A DNA stretch of 61,676 nt from Smithella sp. (GTDB lineage: Bacteria; Desulfobacterota; Syntrophia; Syntrophales; Smithellaceae), in NCBI GenBank assembly GCA_035382085.1, contig DAOSZO010000005.1, positions 1-61,676 on the forward strand, in the 5' to 3' direction. The notes under the pieces are model-generated. The model worked only from the letters and a program-made list of their open reading frames with translations, did not search any database and was not told the origin of the DNA. How positions within the stretch are numbered: the stretch's first letter is position 1; every line of letters begins with the position of its first letter. A program made the translations under genes and the position numbers. This document shows, piece by piece, positions 20,274 to 29,084 of the stretch.

Positions 20274-22283
20274 ATGGTCGCCCGTTCAAGAAGAAAATTC
20301 AGCCGCACGCCAAAAAAACTCCCTGTTTTGCTGAAGATTTTTATCGGAGTGCTCTTTTTGGTTTTGGTCCTGGCTGTCGTCGGTGTGGCAGGATTCTACG
20401 CGTTGACATTGGATTTGCCGGGAATTGACACCCTGAAGGATTATCGTCCCAGTCTTTCTTCGCGCGTTTATGACAACAACAATGAACTGATCGATGAATT
20501 TTTTCTGGAGGACAGGAAGCTGATTCGCATCGGGGATGTTCCCAAAGTGGTTATTCAGGCTTTTGTCGCGGCGGAGGATTCTCGTTTTTTTGAACACAAG
20601 GGAGTGGATCTTTTAAGCATTTTCCGGGCGGCCGTCAAAAATATCGAGGCCGGCCGCGTCATCCAGGGCGGAAGCACCATCACGCAACAGGTCGCCAAAA
20701 TGATGTATCTTTCTCCGGAGAGAAAATACGCCCGCAAGTTCAAGGAAGCCATTTTGGCCTACAAGATAGACAGATATCTGACCAAGGATGAGATCCTCAA
20801 TTTGTATCTGAATCAAATTTACCTGGGGCACGGCACCTACGGCATAGAATCGGCGTCTTTGGGGTATTTCGGGAAAAGCGCCAAATATTTAAAATTGCAC
20901 GAGGCCGCCTTGCTGGCCGGCCTGCCCAAGGCCCCCACCAATTACTCGCCCTTTTTGCATTATGATAAGGCTAAGGAAAGGCAGCTTTATGTACTCGCCC
21001 GAATGGTGGAAGACGGCTATATCACTCCCGAAGAGATGGACAGGGCTTCCGCCGAGCCGTTAAAGCTGCGTCCGATCAGGCCCAAAGACAAAATGGCCGC
21101 CTACTTTGTGGAAAATGTGCGCCGTTACGTCCAGGAGAAATATGGCGCCGACGCGCTTTATAAAGAAGGCCTTTCCATCTATACGACGCTGGATTTAAAA
21201 GCGCAAAAATACGCCGGGGAAGCGATGGAAAGGGGCCTCAAGGAAATAGAGGAGCGAAATAAATATCAGCCTGGCCTGGTTCAGGGCGCGCTTTTGTGCA
21301 TGGATGTGAAGACCGGGGCCATCAGAGCCATGATCGGCGGGCGGGACTTCAACAAGAGTGAGTTCAACCGGGCGACTCAGTCCCGCAGGCAGGCGGGGTC
21401 GGCCTTTAAACCGCTCATCTACACGGCCGCTTTTGACAAGGGGCTGACGCCGGCGACGGTTTTTCTGGACGCGCCCATCGCGATTGAGGATGTTTCCCAG
21501 CCGGACGGTATCTGGCGGCCGCAGAATTTTGACGAGAAATTCATGGGGCCGATTACCATGCGCACCGCTCTGGTTCAGTCCCGCAATGTCGTCACCGTCA
21601 AGATCCTGCAGGAAATCGGCATCGATTACGCCGTCTCTTACGCGATAAACATGGGCATCTCCTCTCCGCTGGTCCGGACGCTGTCCCTGGCGCTGGGGGC
21701 GGCCGGTGTTACCTTGCAGGAACTTGTTGCTGCCTATGATGTTCTGGCCAACCAGGGACAGAAAGTGACGCCGTATTTCATCAAGAAAATCGTCGACCGC
21801 ACGGGAAACGTCTTTGAAGAAAACGAACCGAAGACCGAACAGGTCATTGATCCCCGGATTGCTTTCATCAGCACCTACGTCATGCAGGATGTGGTGACCC
21901 GGGGAACCGGCACGCGAGTGAAAAGCATCGGCCGTTCGGTCGCCGCCAAGACCGGAACGACCAACGACTGCCGGGACGCCTGGTTTATCGGATACACGCC
22001 CTCGCTCATTGCCGGCGTTTGGGTGGGATTCGACCAGGAGATGTCGCTGGGCAAGCAGGAAGTCGGCGGAAGGGCGGCGGCGCCCATCTGGCTGTACTTC
22101 ATGGAAAAGGCTCTGCAGAATATTCCCGTGGAGTCTTTTCCCGTGCCGGACGGCATCACGTTTGTGAAGGTTGATCCCCATACCGGAAAGCCGTCCGGCG
22201 CTCCGGGCGCGATAGCGGAAGCGTTTCTGGAAGGCGCTACGCCGGCAGATACGTTCGGCGGCCGCGGCAGTGAAATTCGATAG
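20274..22283 (+). CDS. mrcA: Class A penicillin-binding protein 1A
   Basis: TM anchor; transglycosylase motifs EDSRF, QGGSTITQQ, RKFKE and YLNQIYLG; transpeptidase motifs SAFK, SRN and KTGT. Confidence 0.92.
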   Translation: MVARSRRKFSRTPKKLPVLLKIFIGVLFLVLVLAVVGVAGFYALTLDLPGIDTLKDYRPSLSSRVYDNNNELIDEFFLEDRKLIRIGDVPKVVIQAFVAAEDSRFFEHKGVDLLSIFRAAVKNIEAGRVIQGGSTITQQVAKMMYLSPERKYARKFKEAILAYKIDRYLTKDEILNLYLNQIYLGHGTYGIESASLGYFGKSAKYLKLHEAALLAGLPKAPTNYSPFLHYDKAKERQLYVLARMVEDGYITPEEMDRASAEPLKLRPIRPKDKMAAYFVENVRRYVQEKYGADALYKEGLSIYTTLDLKAQKYAGEAMERGLKEIEERNKYQPGLVQGALLCMDVKTGAIRAMIGGRDFNKSEFNRATQSRRQAGSAFKPLIYTAAFDKGLTPATVFLDAPIAIEDVSQPDGIWRPQNFDEKFMGPITMRTALVQSRNVVTVKILQEIGIDYAVSYAINMGISSPLVRTLSLALGAAGVTLQELVAAYDVLANQGQKVTPYFIKKIVDRTGNVFEENEPKTEQVIDPRIAFISTYVMQDVVTRGTGTRVKSIGRSVAAKTGTTNDCRDAWFIGYTPSLIAGVWVGFDQEMSLGKQEVGGRAAAPIWLYFMEKALQNIPVESFPVPDGITFVKVDPHTGKPSGAPGAIAEAFLEGATPADTFGGRGSEIR

Positions 22284-22348
22284 GGTTTTTGCCGTGGTCT
22301 TTGGAGGCAATCGTTGAGAAGATTTCGGGGCTCAGGGGGTTTGTCTTC

Positions 22349-22705
22349 GTGTATGAGCACTACAGCCAGCCTTTAATATCGGTCGGGGCTTATCTGAAGC
22401 GGCAGGGGCTGCATGCCGCCGCGGCCGTTTTGATGATCACCGGCTCTCTGTTTCTGGGCATGGCGGGTTATCACTGGCTGGAGGGCCTTTCCTGGACGGA
22501 TGCGCTGGTCAACGCCGCCATGATTCTGGGCGGCATGGGCCCGGTCAACGCGCTTCAAACCCGGGCCGGGAAAGTCTTTGCGTCGTTTTACGCGCTTTAT
22601 TCCGGCATCGTTTTTCTGATTGCGGCGGGCGTCGTCTTCGCTCCGGCGTTTCACCGGTTTCTCCATAAGTTTCATCTGGAAGAAGAACCAAAAGATCCGT
22701 CGTGA
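22349..22705 (+). CDS. Small two-TM membrane protein with a channel pore-like segment
   Basis: GTG start giving MYEHYSQPL. Layout is TM - LSWTDALVNAAMILGGMGP - TM, resembling the Ion_trans_2 topology. Confidence 0.7.
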   Translation: MYEHYSQPLISVGAYLKRQGLHAAAAVLMITGSLFLGMAGYHWLEGLSWTDALVNAAMILGGMGPVNALQTRAGKVFASFYALYSGIVFLIAAGVVFAPAFHRFLHKFHLEEEPKDPS

Positions 22706-22725
22706 ACGGGTGGGGGTGAGACCTG

Positions 22726-23577
22726 ATGCAACAAGACTGCAGACGTACCGCGAGGGGGACCCTGTATCTCCGGGCCGTACATCAGCTGCTGGACGCGCGG
22801 CCGCTGATCCTGGATGATGCGCCCGCCGTCGCGTTGCTTGGGGAAGAACAGGCCCGGGAGATTCGGAAAAACCATAAACATCACCGGATGCCGGCGGCGC
22901 GGGCTTTGCGGGCGCACGTCGTCCTACGGTCGCGCTACGCGGAGGATCGCCTGGCCGAAGCGGTCGCGCGGGGAGCCTCCCAATACATTATTCTCGGCGC
23001 GGGGTTTGACACATTTGCCTTCCGCCAGCCGGCCTGGGCCGGTCGAATAAAAATCTTCGAAATCGATCATCCGGCGACGCAGGTCAGGAAGATTTCCAAG
23101 CTGAAGGATGCCGGAATGACCCTCCCGCCCAATCTTTTCTTCGGCGGGATGGATTTTGAACGGGAATCACTGCGGGATGGACTTATGCGCCATGGTGTCT
23201 CTCGGCAGGCGGTATCGTTTTTTTCCTGGCTGGGCGTCACTCCGTATCTCAGGGAGGAGGCGATAGATGCCGTCCTGCGCACGGTTGCGGAATTCCCATC
23301 GCAAAGCGAGATGGTTTTGACGTTTTCCCAGCCGCCGGATCGGCTTGCCGAAAAAGAAAAACAACGGCATTCGACGCTGTCCCGGATCGTGGAGGGGGCC
23401 GGCGAGCCCTTTGTCAGTTTCTACGCGCCGGAGGCGATGGAACAAAAATTACTAGGCGTCGGATTTAAGAAAATCGCGTGGCTCTCCGGCGAAGAGGCCC
23501 AAAACCGGTGTTTTCGGAACCGTCCCGCAGATCTTTATCTTTCAAATCGCTCTGTCATCGTATCCGCCATGCTTTAA
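22726..23577 (+). CDS. Class I SAM-dependent methyltransferase (LCM/Rv0726c-like)
   Basis: RTARGT, RSRYAED, QYIILGAGFDT, FEIDHP and WLGVTPYL motifs. Confidence 0.88.
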   Translation: MQQDCRRTARGTLYLRAVHQLLDARPLILDDAPAVALLGEEQAREIRKNHKHHRMPAARALRAHVVLRSRYAEDRLAEAVARGASQYIILGAGFDTFAFRQPAWAGRIKIFEIDHPATQVRKISKLKDAGMTLPPNLFFGGMDFERESLRDGLMRHGVSRQAVSFFSWLGVTPYLREEAIDAVLRTVAEFPSQSEMVLTFSQPPDRLAEKEKQRHSTLSRIVEGAGEPFVSFYAPEAMEQKLLGVGFKKIAWLSGEEAQNRCFRNRPADLYLSNRSVIVSAML

Positions 23578-23612
23578 AAAATGACGAGGGGAAAGTCCGG
23601 ACAAAAAGAGTA

Positions 23613-23641
23613 TTGACAAAAAATACGTTTTTCGTTATGCA
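23613..23641 (+). promoter_or_regulatory. sigma70-type promoter for the ilv leader/operon
   Basis: TTGACA (23613-23618), 17-nt spacer, TATGCA (23636-23641); about 30 nt upstream of the leader ATG. Confidence 0.55.
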
Positions 23642-23671
23642 AAAAACAAATTGTGGGTGAAATGGGGTTTT

Positions 23672-23767
23672 ATGTTTCTTAAAGATTTAACCGGCGGCAT
23701 CATCAGACTGCAAGAGCTGATCCTCGTAGTAGTCGTACTTACGGGGTCTGCCGCTTTGTATCTTTAG
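23672..23767 (+). CDS. ilvL: ilv operon leader peptide (31 aa, below the ORF-track cutoff)
   Basis: Reads MFLKDLTGGIIRLQELILVVVVLTGSAALYL*, with eight consecutive Leu/Ile/Val codons (23717-23740). It lies directly upstream of terminator hairpins and ilvB. Confidence 0.88.
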   Translation: MFLKDLTGGIIRLQELILVVVVLTGSAALYL

Positions 23768-23864
23768 GAAATAAAAACAAAAGATACAAGCCGCAGGCCC
23801 CTGAAGCCTGCGGCTTTGTTTTTGAAACAAGGCCGCTGATTCTCGGAGAGACAGGCGGCTTTTT
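23743..23864 (+). promoter_or_regulatory. Transcription attenuator: antiterminator plus two tandem terminators
   Basis: Antiterminator: 23743-23765 pairs with 23780-23801. Terminator 1: AAGCCGCAGGC-ccctgaa-GCCTGCGGCTT (23788-23816) followed by TGTTTTT. Terminator 2: 23831-23860 followed by TTTT. Confidence 0.85.
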
Positions 23865-23911
23865 AGTTTTTAGAAGTTGAAAATTGAAAATATTCCGGAG
23901 GGGAGAGAAGG

Positions 23912-25615
23912 ATGCAACTCAAAGGCACGCAAATCCTGCTGAAGGTTTTGGAGGAAGAGCATGTGGAGATGATTTTCGGGTATCCCGGCGGGGCGGTGCT
24001 CGATATTTATGATGAGCTTTTCAAAAGCAATATGAAACATATTCTGGTTCGGCATGAGCAAGGCGCGGTGCACGCCGCCGACGGTTACGCCCGCGCGACC
24101 GGCAAAGTGGGCGTTTGCCTGGTGACTTCGGGGCCCGGCGCCACCAACACCGTCACAGGGATCGCCACGGCCAACATGGATTCCATCCCTTTGGTGGTTT
24201 TCACCGGGCAGGTGCCGACGGGACTGATCGGCAACGACGCTTTTCAGGAATGCGACATCACGGGCATTACACGGCCCTGCACCAAGCATAACTTTCTGGT
24301 GCGCAATATAGAAGATCTGGCTCCGACCATCAAGGAGGCCTTTCACATCGCCCGCTCGGGCAGGCCGGGACCGGTTTTGGTTGATTTGCCCAAGAACGTG
24401 ATGGCGGCGACGACGGAGTACGATCCCGCCGGTATCCGGATTCGTAATCACGAAAAATCCTACAAGCCTTCTCCGAAAAAGATAGCCGCTTTCCTGGAAA
24501 TGTTGAAAAATGCCAAACAGCCTCTGATCATGACGGGCGGGGGCGTCCTTCTCGGGAAAGCTTCCGCGCAGTTGACGGAATTCGCCCGGAAATATCGGAT
24601 TCCCGTAACCGGAACATTGATGGGGCTGGGGTCTTTTCCGGGGAGCGATCCGCTCTGGCTGGGGATGCTGGGCATGCACGGCACGTATTACGCGAATATG
24701 GCCGTCAGCCACTGCGACCTGCTGTTTGCCGTCGGCGTGCGGTTTGATGACCGGGTGACCGGCAATATTGAGACATTTGCCGCCAACGCGAAAATCGTTC
24801 AGGTGGATATCGATCCTTCGTCCATCAACCGGAACGTCGCGGTGGATTTGCCGATCCTCGGCGATACCAAAGCCGTGTTGAACGATATTCTGAAATATTT
24901 TGAAGAGCATCATTACGCCTGCCCGGAGGAAGAACGAAATCAGTGGCTCGGGCAGATCGCCGAATGGAGACAGGCCGTTCCGCTTCAATATTGCCAGAAC
25001 GGCCAGGTCATCAAGCCCCAGTTTGTCATCGAAACGCTTTATAAACTGACACGGGGCGATGCGATTATCACGACGGAAGTGGGGCAGAACCAGATGTGGA
25101 CGGCGCAGTTTTTCCACTTCGACAACCCCAACACCTTTGTTTCCTCCGGCGGGCTTGGAACGATGGGTTATGGTTTGCCCGCCGCCATCGGCGTCAAGTG
25201 CGCCTTTCCGGACAAGCACGTCGTGGACATCGCCGGAGACGGAAGCATTCAGATGAACATTCAAGAACTGGCCACGGCGGCGCAATACAACATCAACGTT
25301 AAAATCGTTCTGCTGAACAACGGCTATTTGGGAATGGTGCGCCAGTGGCAGGAGCTGTTCTACGAGAAGCGCTACTCCTACACCGACATGACCTACGCGC
25401 CGGACTTCGTCAAGCTGGCCGAAGCCTTCGGCATTGTCGGGCTGCGCGCCACGAAACCGGAGGAAGTCGAACCCACGCTCAAGCAGGGCCTGTCTCTGGA
25501 GAGGCCGGTTTTGATGGATTTCCGGGTGTCGCGGGAGGAATGCGTCTATCCGATGGTTCATCCGGGCGATTCCATCAGCAACATGGCGCTGGGCAGCCGG
25601 GAAATGATTAATTAA
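23912..25615 (+). CDS. ilvB: Acetolactate synthase large subunit
   Basis: FGYPGG, RHEQ, TSGPGATN, GMHG, RFDDRVT, GDGS...NN and MVRQWQ motifs. Confidence 0.97.
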   Translation: MQLKGTQILLKVLEEEHVEMIFGYPGGAVLDIYDELFKSNMKHILVRHEQGAVHAADGYARATGKVGVCLVTSGPGATNTVTGIATANMDSIPLVVFTGQVPTGLIGNDAFQECDITGITRPCTKHNFLVRNIEDLAPTIKEAFHIARSGRPGPVLVDLPKNVMAATTEYDPAGIRIRNHEKSYKPSPKKIAAFLEMLKNAKQPLIMTGGGVLLGKASAQLTEFARKYRIPVTGTLMGLGSFPGSDPLWLGMLGMHGTYYANMAVSHCDLLFAVGVRFDDRVTGNIETFAANAKIVQVDIDPSSINRNVAVDLPILGDTKAVLNDILKYFEEHHYACPEEERNQWLGQIAEWRQAVPLQYCQNGQVIKPQFVIETLYKLTRGDAIITTEVGQNQMWTAQFFHFDNPNTFVSSGGLGTMGYGLPAAIGVKCAFPDKHVVDIAGDGSIQMNIQELATAAQYNINVKIVLLNNGYLGMVRQWQELFYEKRYSYTDMTYAPDFVKLAEAFGIVGLRATKPEEVEPTLKQGLSLERPVLMDFRVSREECVYPMVHPGDSISNMALGSREMIN

Positions 25616-25635
25616 AGAGGTTTGAAAAAATAAAA

Positions 25636-26136
25636 ATGGCGAGGGAGAAAATGGAAAAAAAGGAACACATCATTTCGATTCTGGTTTACAACAAGCCGGA
25701 CGTGCTGGCGAGAATCGCCGGCACGCTGGGCGGAAAGGGCTACAACATTGAGAGCCTTTGCGTGAATTCAACGACCCAGTACGATATTTCCAAGATCGTC
25801 ATGACCACGGTGGGCACGCAGGAAATCATTACGCGCATCGAGAACCAGCTCCGAAGACTGGTGGATGTCATTGAAGTCGACGATTTGACCAACGTGGAAT
25901 CGATTCACCGCGAGATGATGCTCGTCCGTCTGAATCTGACGCCTGAAAAAAAAGAGCAGATCAAGAAAGCGGTTGACACCAATAAATGGAAGGTAATAAT
26001 ATCCGCCGACAGCTATTTGATTTTGGAAATCACCGGCGACAAATCCCAGATTGATTTTGCGCTGGCGCGCCTGGAGCCGCTGGGGATCGCCGATATCACG
26101 AGAACGGGTCTGGTGGCTCTGAATTTGGAGAGTTAA
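25636..26136 (+). CDS. ilvN: Acetolactate synthase small (regulatory) subunit
   Basis: ACT domain (NKPDVLARI...GYNIESL) plus C-terminal domain ending RTGLVAL; follows ilvB. Alternative start 25651. Confidence 0.9.
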   Translation: MAREKMEKKEHIISILVYNKPDVLARIAGTLGGKGYNIESLCVNSTTQYDISKIVMTTVGTQEIITRIENQLRRLVDVIEVDDLTNVESIHREMMLVRLNLTPEKKEQIKKAVDTNKWKVIISADSYLILEITGDKSQIDFALARLEPLGIADITRTGLVALNLES

Positions 26137-26180
26137 TGCCATTTTAATAAAGTGTTTAAATTATATTTTGGGGGGATTTT

Positions 26181-27239
26181 ATGGCAAAGATTAATTTCGG
26201 TGGTGTAATCGAAGATGTTGTGACGAGCAAAGAATTTCCGTTGAAGAAAGCTCAGAAAGTTTTGAAAGATGAAATCGTGGCGGTTATCGGTTACGGGGTG
26301 CAGGGTCCGGCTCAAGCGATGAACATGAAGGACAACGGCATCAACGTTATTGTCGGCCAGGCCAAAGAAGATGTGCGGTATTGGAAAAAGGCCGTGGCGG
26401 ACGGCTGGAAACCCGGCAAAACGCTGTTTCCGATTGAAGAGGCGGTCAAACGCGGCACCATCATTCAGTATCTCGTTTCCGATGCTGCGCAGAAACTTCT
26501 CTGGCCCCAAGTCAAGGCCAATTTGAAAAAAGGCGACGCGCTTTATTTCTCGCATGGTTTTTCCATCGTTTATAAAAAACAAACTGGCGTCATTCCGCCG
26601 AAATTCGTCGATGTGATCATGGTGGCTCCCAAGGGGTCGGGAACCAGCGTGCGCCGGAACTTCCTCGACGGCAGCGGCATCAATTCCAGCTTTGCTGTCT
26701 ATCAGGATTACACGGGCCGCGCTATGGAAAGAACCTTGGCACTGGGCATCGCCATCGGGTCGGGATTTTTGTTCCCGACGACGTTTGAAAAGGAGGTTTA
26801 CAGCGACTTGACCGGCGAACGCGGCGTGCTCATGGGCGCGCTGGCGGGGATCATGGAGGCCCAGTACAATGAACTGCGAAAGCACGGACACACGCCCAGC
26901 GAAGCCTTTAATGAAACCGTGGAGGAGCTCACGCAGAGCCTGATTCGCCTGGTGGCGGAAAACGGCATGGACTGGATGTACGCCAACTGCAGCGCGACCG
27001 CCCAGCGCGGGGCGCTGGATTGGCGTCACAAATTCCGCAAAGCCGTGGAACCGGTGTTCGCCAAACTCTATAAATCCGTTGCGACCGGCAAAGAAACAGC
27101 CATCGTGCTGAAAGCCAATAGCGCTCCCGATTACCGAGAAAAATTGGAGGCCGAACTCAAGGAAATGCGCGAATCCGAAATGTGGAAGGCGGGAGCCGCC
27201 GTGCGCGAATTGAGACCGGAGCGGCGCAAGAAGAAATAG
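26181..27239 (+). CDS. ilvC: Ketol-acid reductoisomerase
   Basis: IGYGVQG, SHGF, VAPKG and SDLTGERGVLMG motifs. The N-terminus (INFGGVIEDVVT...EFP) resembles the Bacteroidetes/fungal Ilv5-like type. Confidence 0.96.
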   Translation: MAKINFGGVIEDVVTSKEFPLKKAQKVLKDEIVAVIGYGVQGPAQAMNMKDNGINVIVGQAKEDVRYWKKAVADGWKPGKTLFPIEEAVKRGTIIQYLVSDAAQKLLWPQVKANLKKGDALYFSHGFSIVYKKQTGVIPPKFVDVIMVAPKGSGTSVRRNFLDGSGINSSFAVYQDYTGRAMERTLALGIAIGSGFLFPTTFEKEVYSDLTGERGVLMGALAGIMEAQYNELRKHGHTPSEAFNETVEELTQSLIRLVAENGMDWMYANCSATAQRGALDWRHKFRKAVEPVFAKLYKSVATGKETAIVLKANSAPDYREKLEAELKEMRESEMWKAGAAVRELRPERRKKK

Positions 27240-27261
27240 CGGATTGGCAAGAAACTCCGTT

Positions 27262-27350
27262 TTGCCCCCTCTCACCTGATGAGAGGGGGCAAGGGGGAAG
27301 GTGATAACAATAAAACCTTCCCCGTAATTTCTCCCGCAAGAGGCGGGAGA
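27262..27350. repeat. Composite REP-like palindromic element (three hairpins) between ilvC and ilvD
   Basis: TTGCCCCCTCTCA/TGAGAGGGGGCAA (13 bp), GGGGAAGGT/ACCTTCCCC (9 bp) and TCTCCCGC/GCGGGAGA (8 bp). Confidence 0.75.
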
Positions 27351-27393
27351 GGTTTCTATTACTGACTGATTCCAATTAAAGGGAGAGAGAACG

Positions 27394-29055
27394 ATGAGAA
27401 GCGATCTTATGAAAAAAGGTGTCGAGCGGGCGCCGCATCGCTCGCTGTTCAAGGCGATGGGCTACACGGACGAGGAAATCGCCCGGCCGTTGATCGGCGT
27501 GGTCAATTCGGCCAATGAAATCATTCCCGGACACATCCATCTGGATTTAATCACGCAGGATGTGAAGGCGGGCATCCGGATGGCCGGAGGAACGCCGGTG
27601 GAATTTCCGGTTATCGGCGTCTGCGACGGCATTGCGATGGGACATGAAGGCATGAAATTTTCATTGGCCAGCCGTGAGCTGATCGCCGATTCCATCGAGA
27701 TCATGGCCATGGCCCATCCGTTTGACGCTCTGGTTTTCATCCCCAATTGCGACAAGATTATTCCCGGCATGCTCATGGCCGCCCTGCGACTGAACATTCC
27801 ATCCATTTTCATCAGCGGCGGTCCGATGCTGGCGGGGAAGATTCAGGACAGAACCATTGATCTGATCAGCGTTTTTGAGGGCGTCGGCGCCGTCAAAGCG
27901 AAAAAAATAAGCGTGGCGCAGCTCAAGGAGCTGGAAGACCGAGCCTGTCCGGGATGCGGTTCGTGCTCCGGTATGTACACCGCCAATTCCATGAACTGCG
28001 TCACCGAAGCGCTGGGGCTGGGTCTGCCCGGCAACGGAACCATTCCCGCCGTACAGGCGGCGCGCCGCCGTCTGGCCAAGCGCGCCGGAATGAAAATCAT
28101 GGAGCTGCTTAAAAAGAACATCCGGCCTCGCGATATCTGCACGCTAGCCGCCTTTAAAAACGCCATCGCCGTGGATATGGCGCTGGGTTGCTCAACCAAC
28201 ACGGTTCTGCACATCCCCGCCATCGCCCACGAAGCGGGCATCCAACTGGATCTGGATCTCTTCAATACCATCAGCGAGAAAACACCCAATCTCTGCAAAT
28301 TGAGTCCCGCCGGACACCATCACATCGAGGACCTGGACGCCGCGGGCGGCATTCAGGCTGTGATGAAAATCATCAGCAAAATCGGGGTCATTGATGAAAA
28401 GGTCATCACCGTATCCGGCAAAACAGTCGGCGGGAATTTGAAAGACGTACGGGTCTTGAACCCGGAAGTCATCCGGCCGCTGAACAACCCTTATCTGAAA
28501 CAGGGCGGCATCGCGATTTTGCGCGGCAATCTCGCGCCGGACGGCGCCGTGGTCAAACAGTCCGCCGTCGCTCCGGCCATGCAGAAAAACGAAGGGCGGG
28601 CGCGCGTGTTTGATTCTGAAGACGACGCCATCAAGGCAATTCTCGGCGGCAAAATCAAAGACGGCGACATTGTGGTCATCCGCTATGAAGGTCCCAAGGG
28701 CGGCCCCGGCATGAGGGAGATGCTTTCTCCCACGTCGGCCATTGTCGGCATGGGTCTGGACAAAACCGTCGCGCTTTTGACGGACGGCCGATTCAGCGGC
28801 GGCACGCAGGGCGCGGCCATCGGGCATATTTCACCGGAAGCCGCGGAAGGCGGTCCCATCGCGCTGGTCAAGGAAGGCGACATCATCTCCATTGACATTC
28901 CGGCCAAGAAACTGAATTTGAAAGTCAGCGACGAGGAACTGGCGAAACGCAGAAAAGCTCTGAAGCCTTTCCAACCGAGAATCACCAGTGGTTATCTGGC
29001 CCGGTATGCGAAGATGGTGACATCCGCTTCAACGGGGGCCGTGTTCAAGGATTAA
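27394..29055 (+). CDS. ilvD: Dihydroxy-acid dehydratase
   Basis: [40 protein letters not shown] and TDGRFSG motifs. Confidence 0.97.
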   Translation: MRSDLMKKGVERAPHRSLFKAMGYTDEEIARPLIGVVNSANEIIPGHIHLDLITQDVKAGIRMAGGTPVEFPVIGVCDGIAMGHEGMKFSLASRELIADSIEIMAMAHPFDALVFIPNCDKIIPGMLMAALRLNIPSIFISGGPMLAGKIQDRTIDLISVFEGVGAVKAKKISVAQLKELEDRACPGCGSCSGMYTANSMNCVTEALGLGLPGNGTIPAVQAARRRLAKRAGMKIMELLKKNIRPRDICTLAAFKNAIAVDMALGCSTNTVLHIPAIAHEAGIQLDLDLFNTISEKTPNLCKLSPAGHHHIEDLDAAGGIQAVMKIISKIGVIDEKVITVSGKTVGGNLKDVRVLNPEVIRPLNNPYLKQGGIAILRGNLAPDGAVVKQSAVAPAMQKNEGRARVFDSEDDAIKAILGGKIKDGDIVVIRYEGPKGGPGMREMLSPTSAIVGMGLDKTVALLTDGRFSGGTQGAAIGHISPEAAEGGPIALVKEGDIISIDIPAKKLNLKVSDEELAKRRKALKPFQPRITSGYLARYAKMVTSASTGAVFKD

Positions 29056-29084
29056 GAACAACCTCATTTTGCGAATTTTTAAGC

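Noticed and set aside
23586-23600. GAGGGGAAAGTCCGG resembles the RNase P RNA motif GAGGAAAGUCC
   Set aside because: It is not an exact match, no other rnpB elements follow, and the downstream space is occupied by the ilv promoter and leader.
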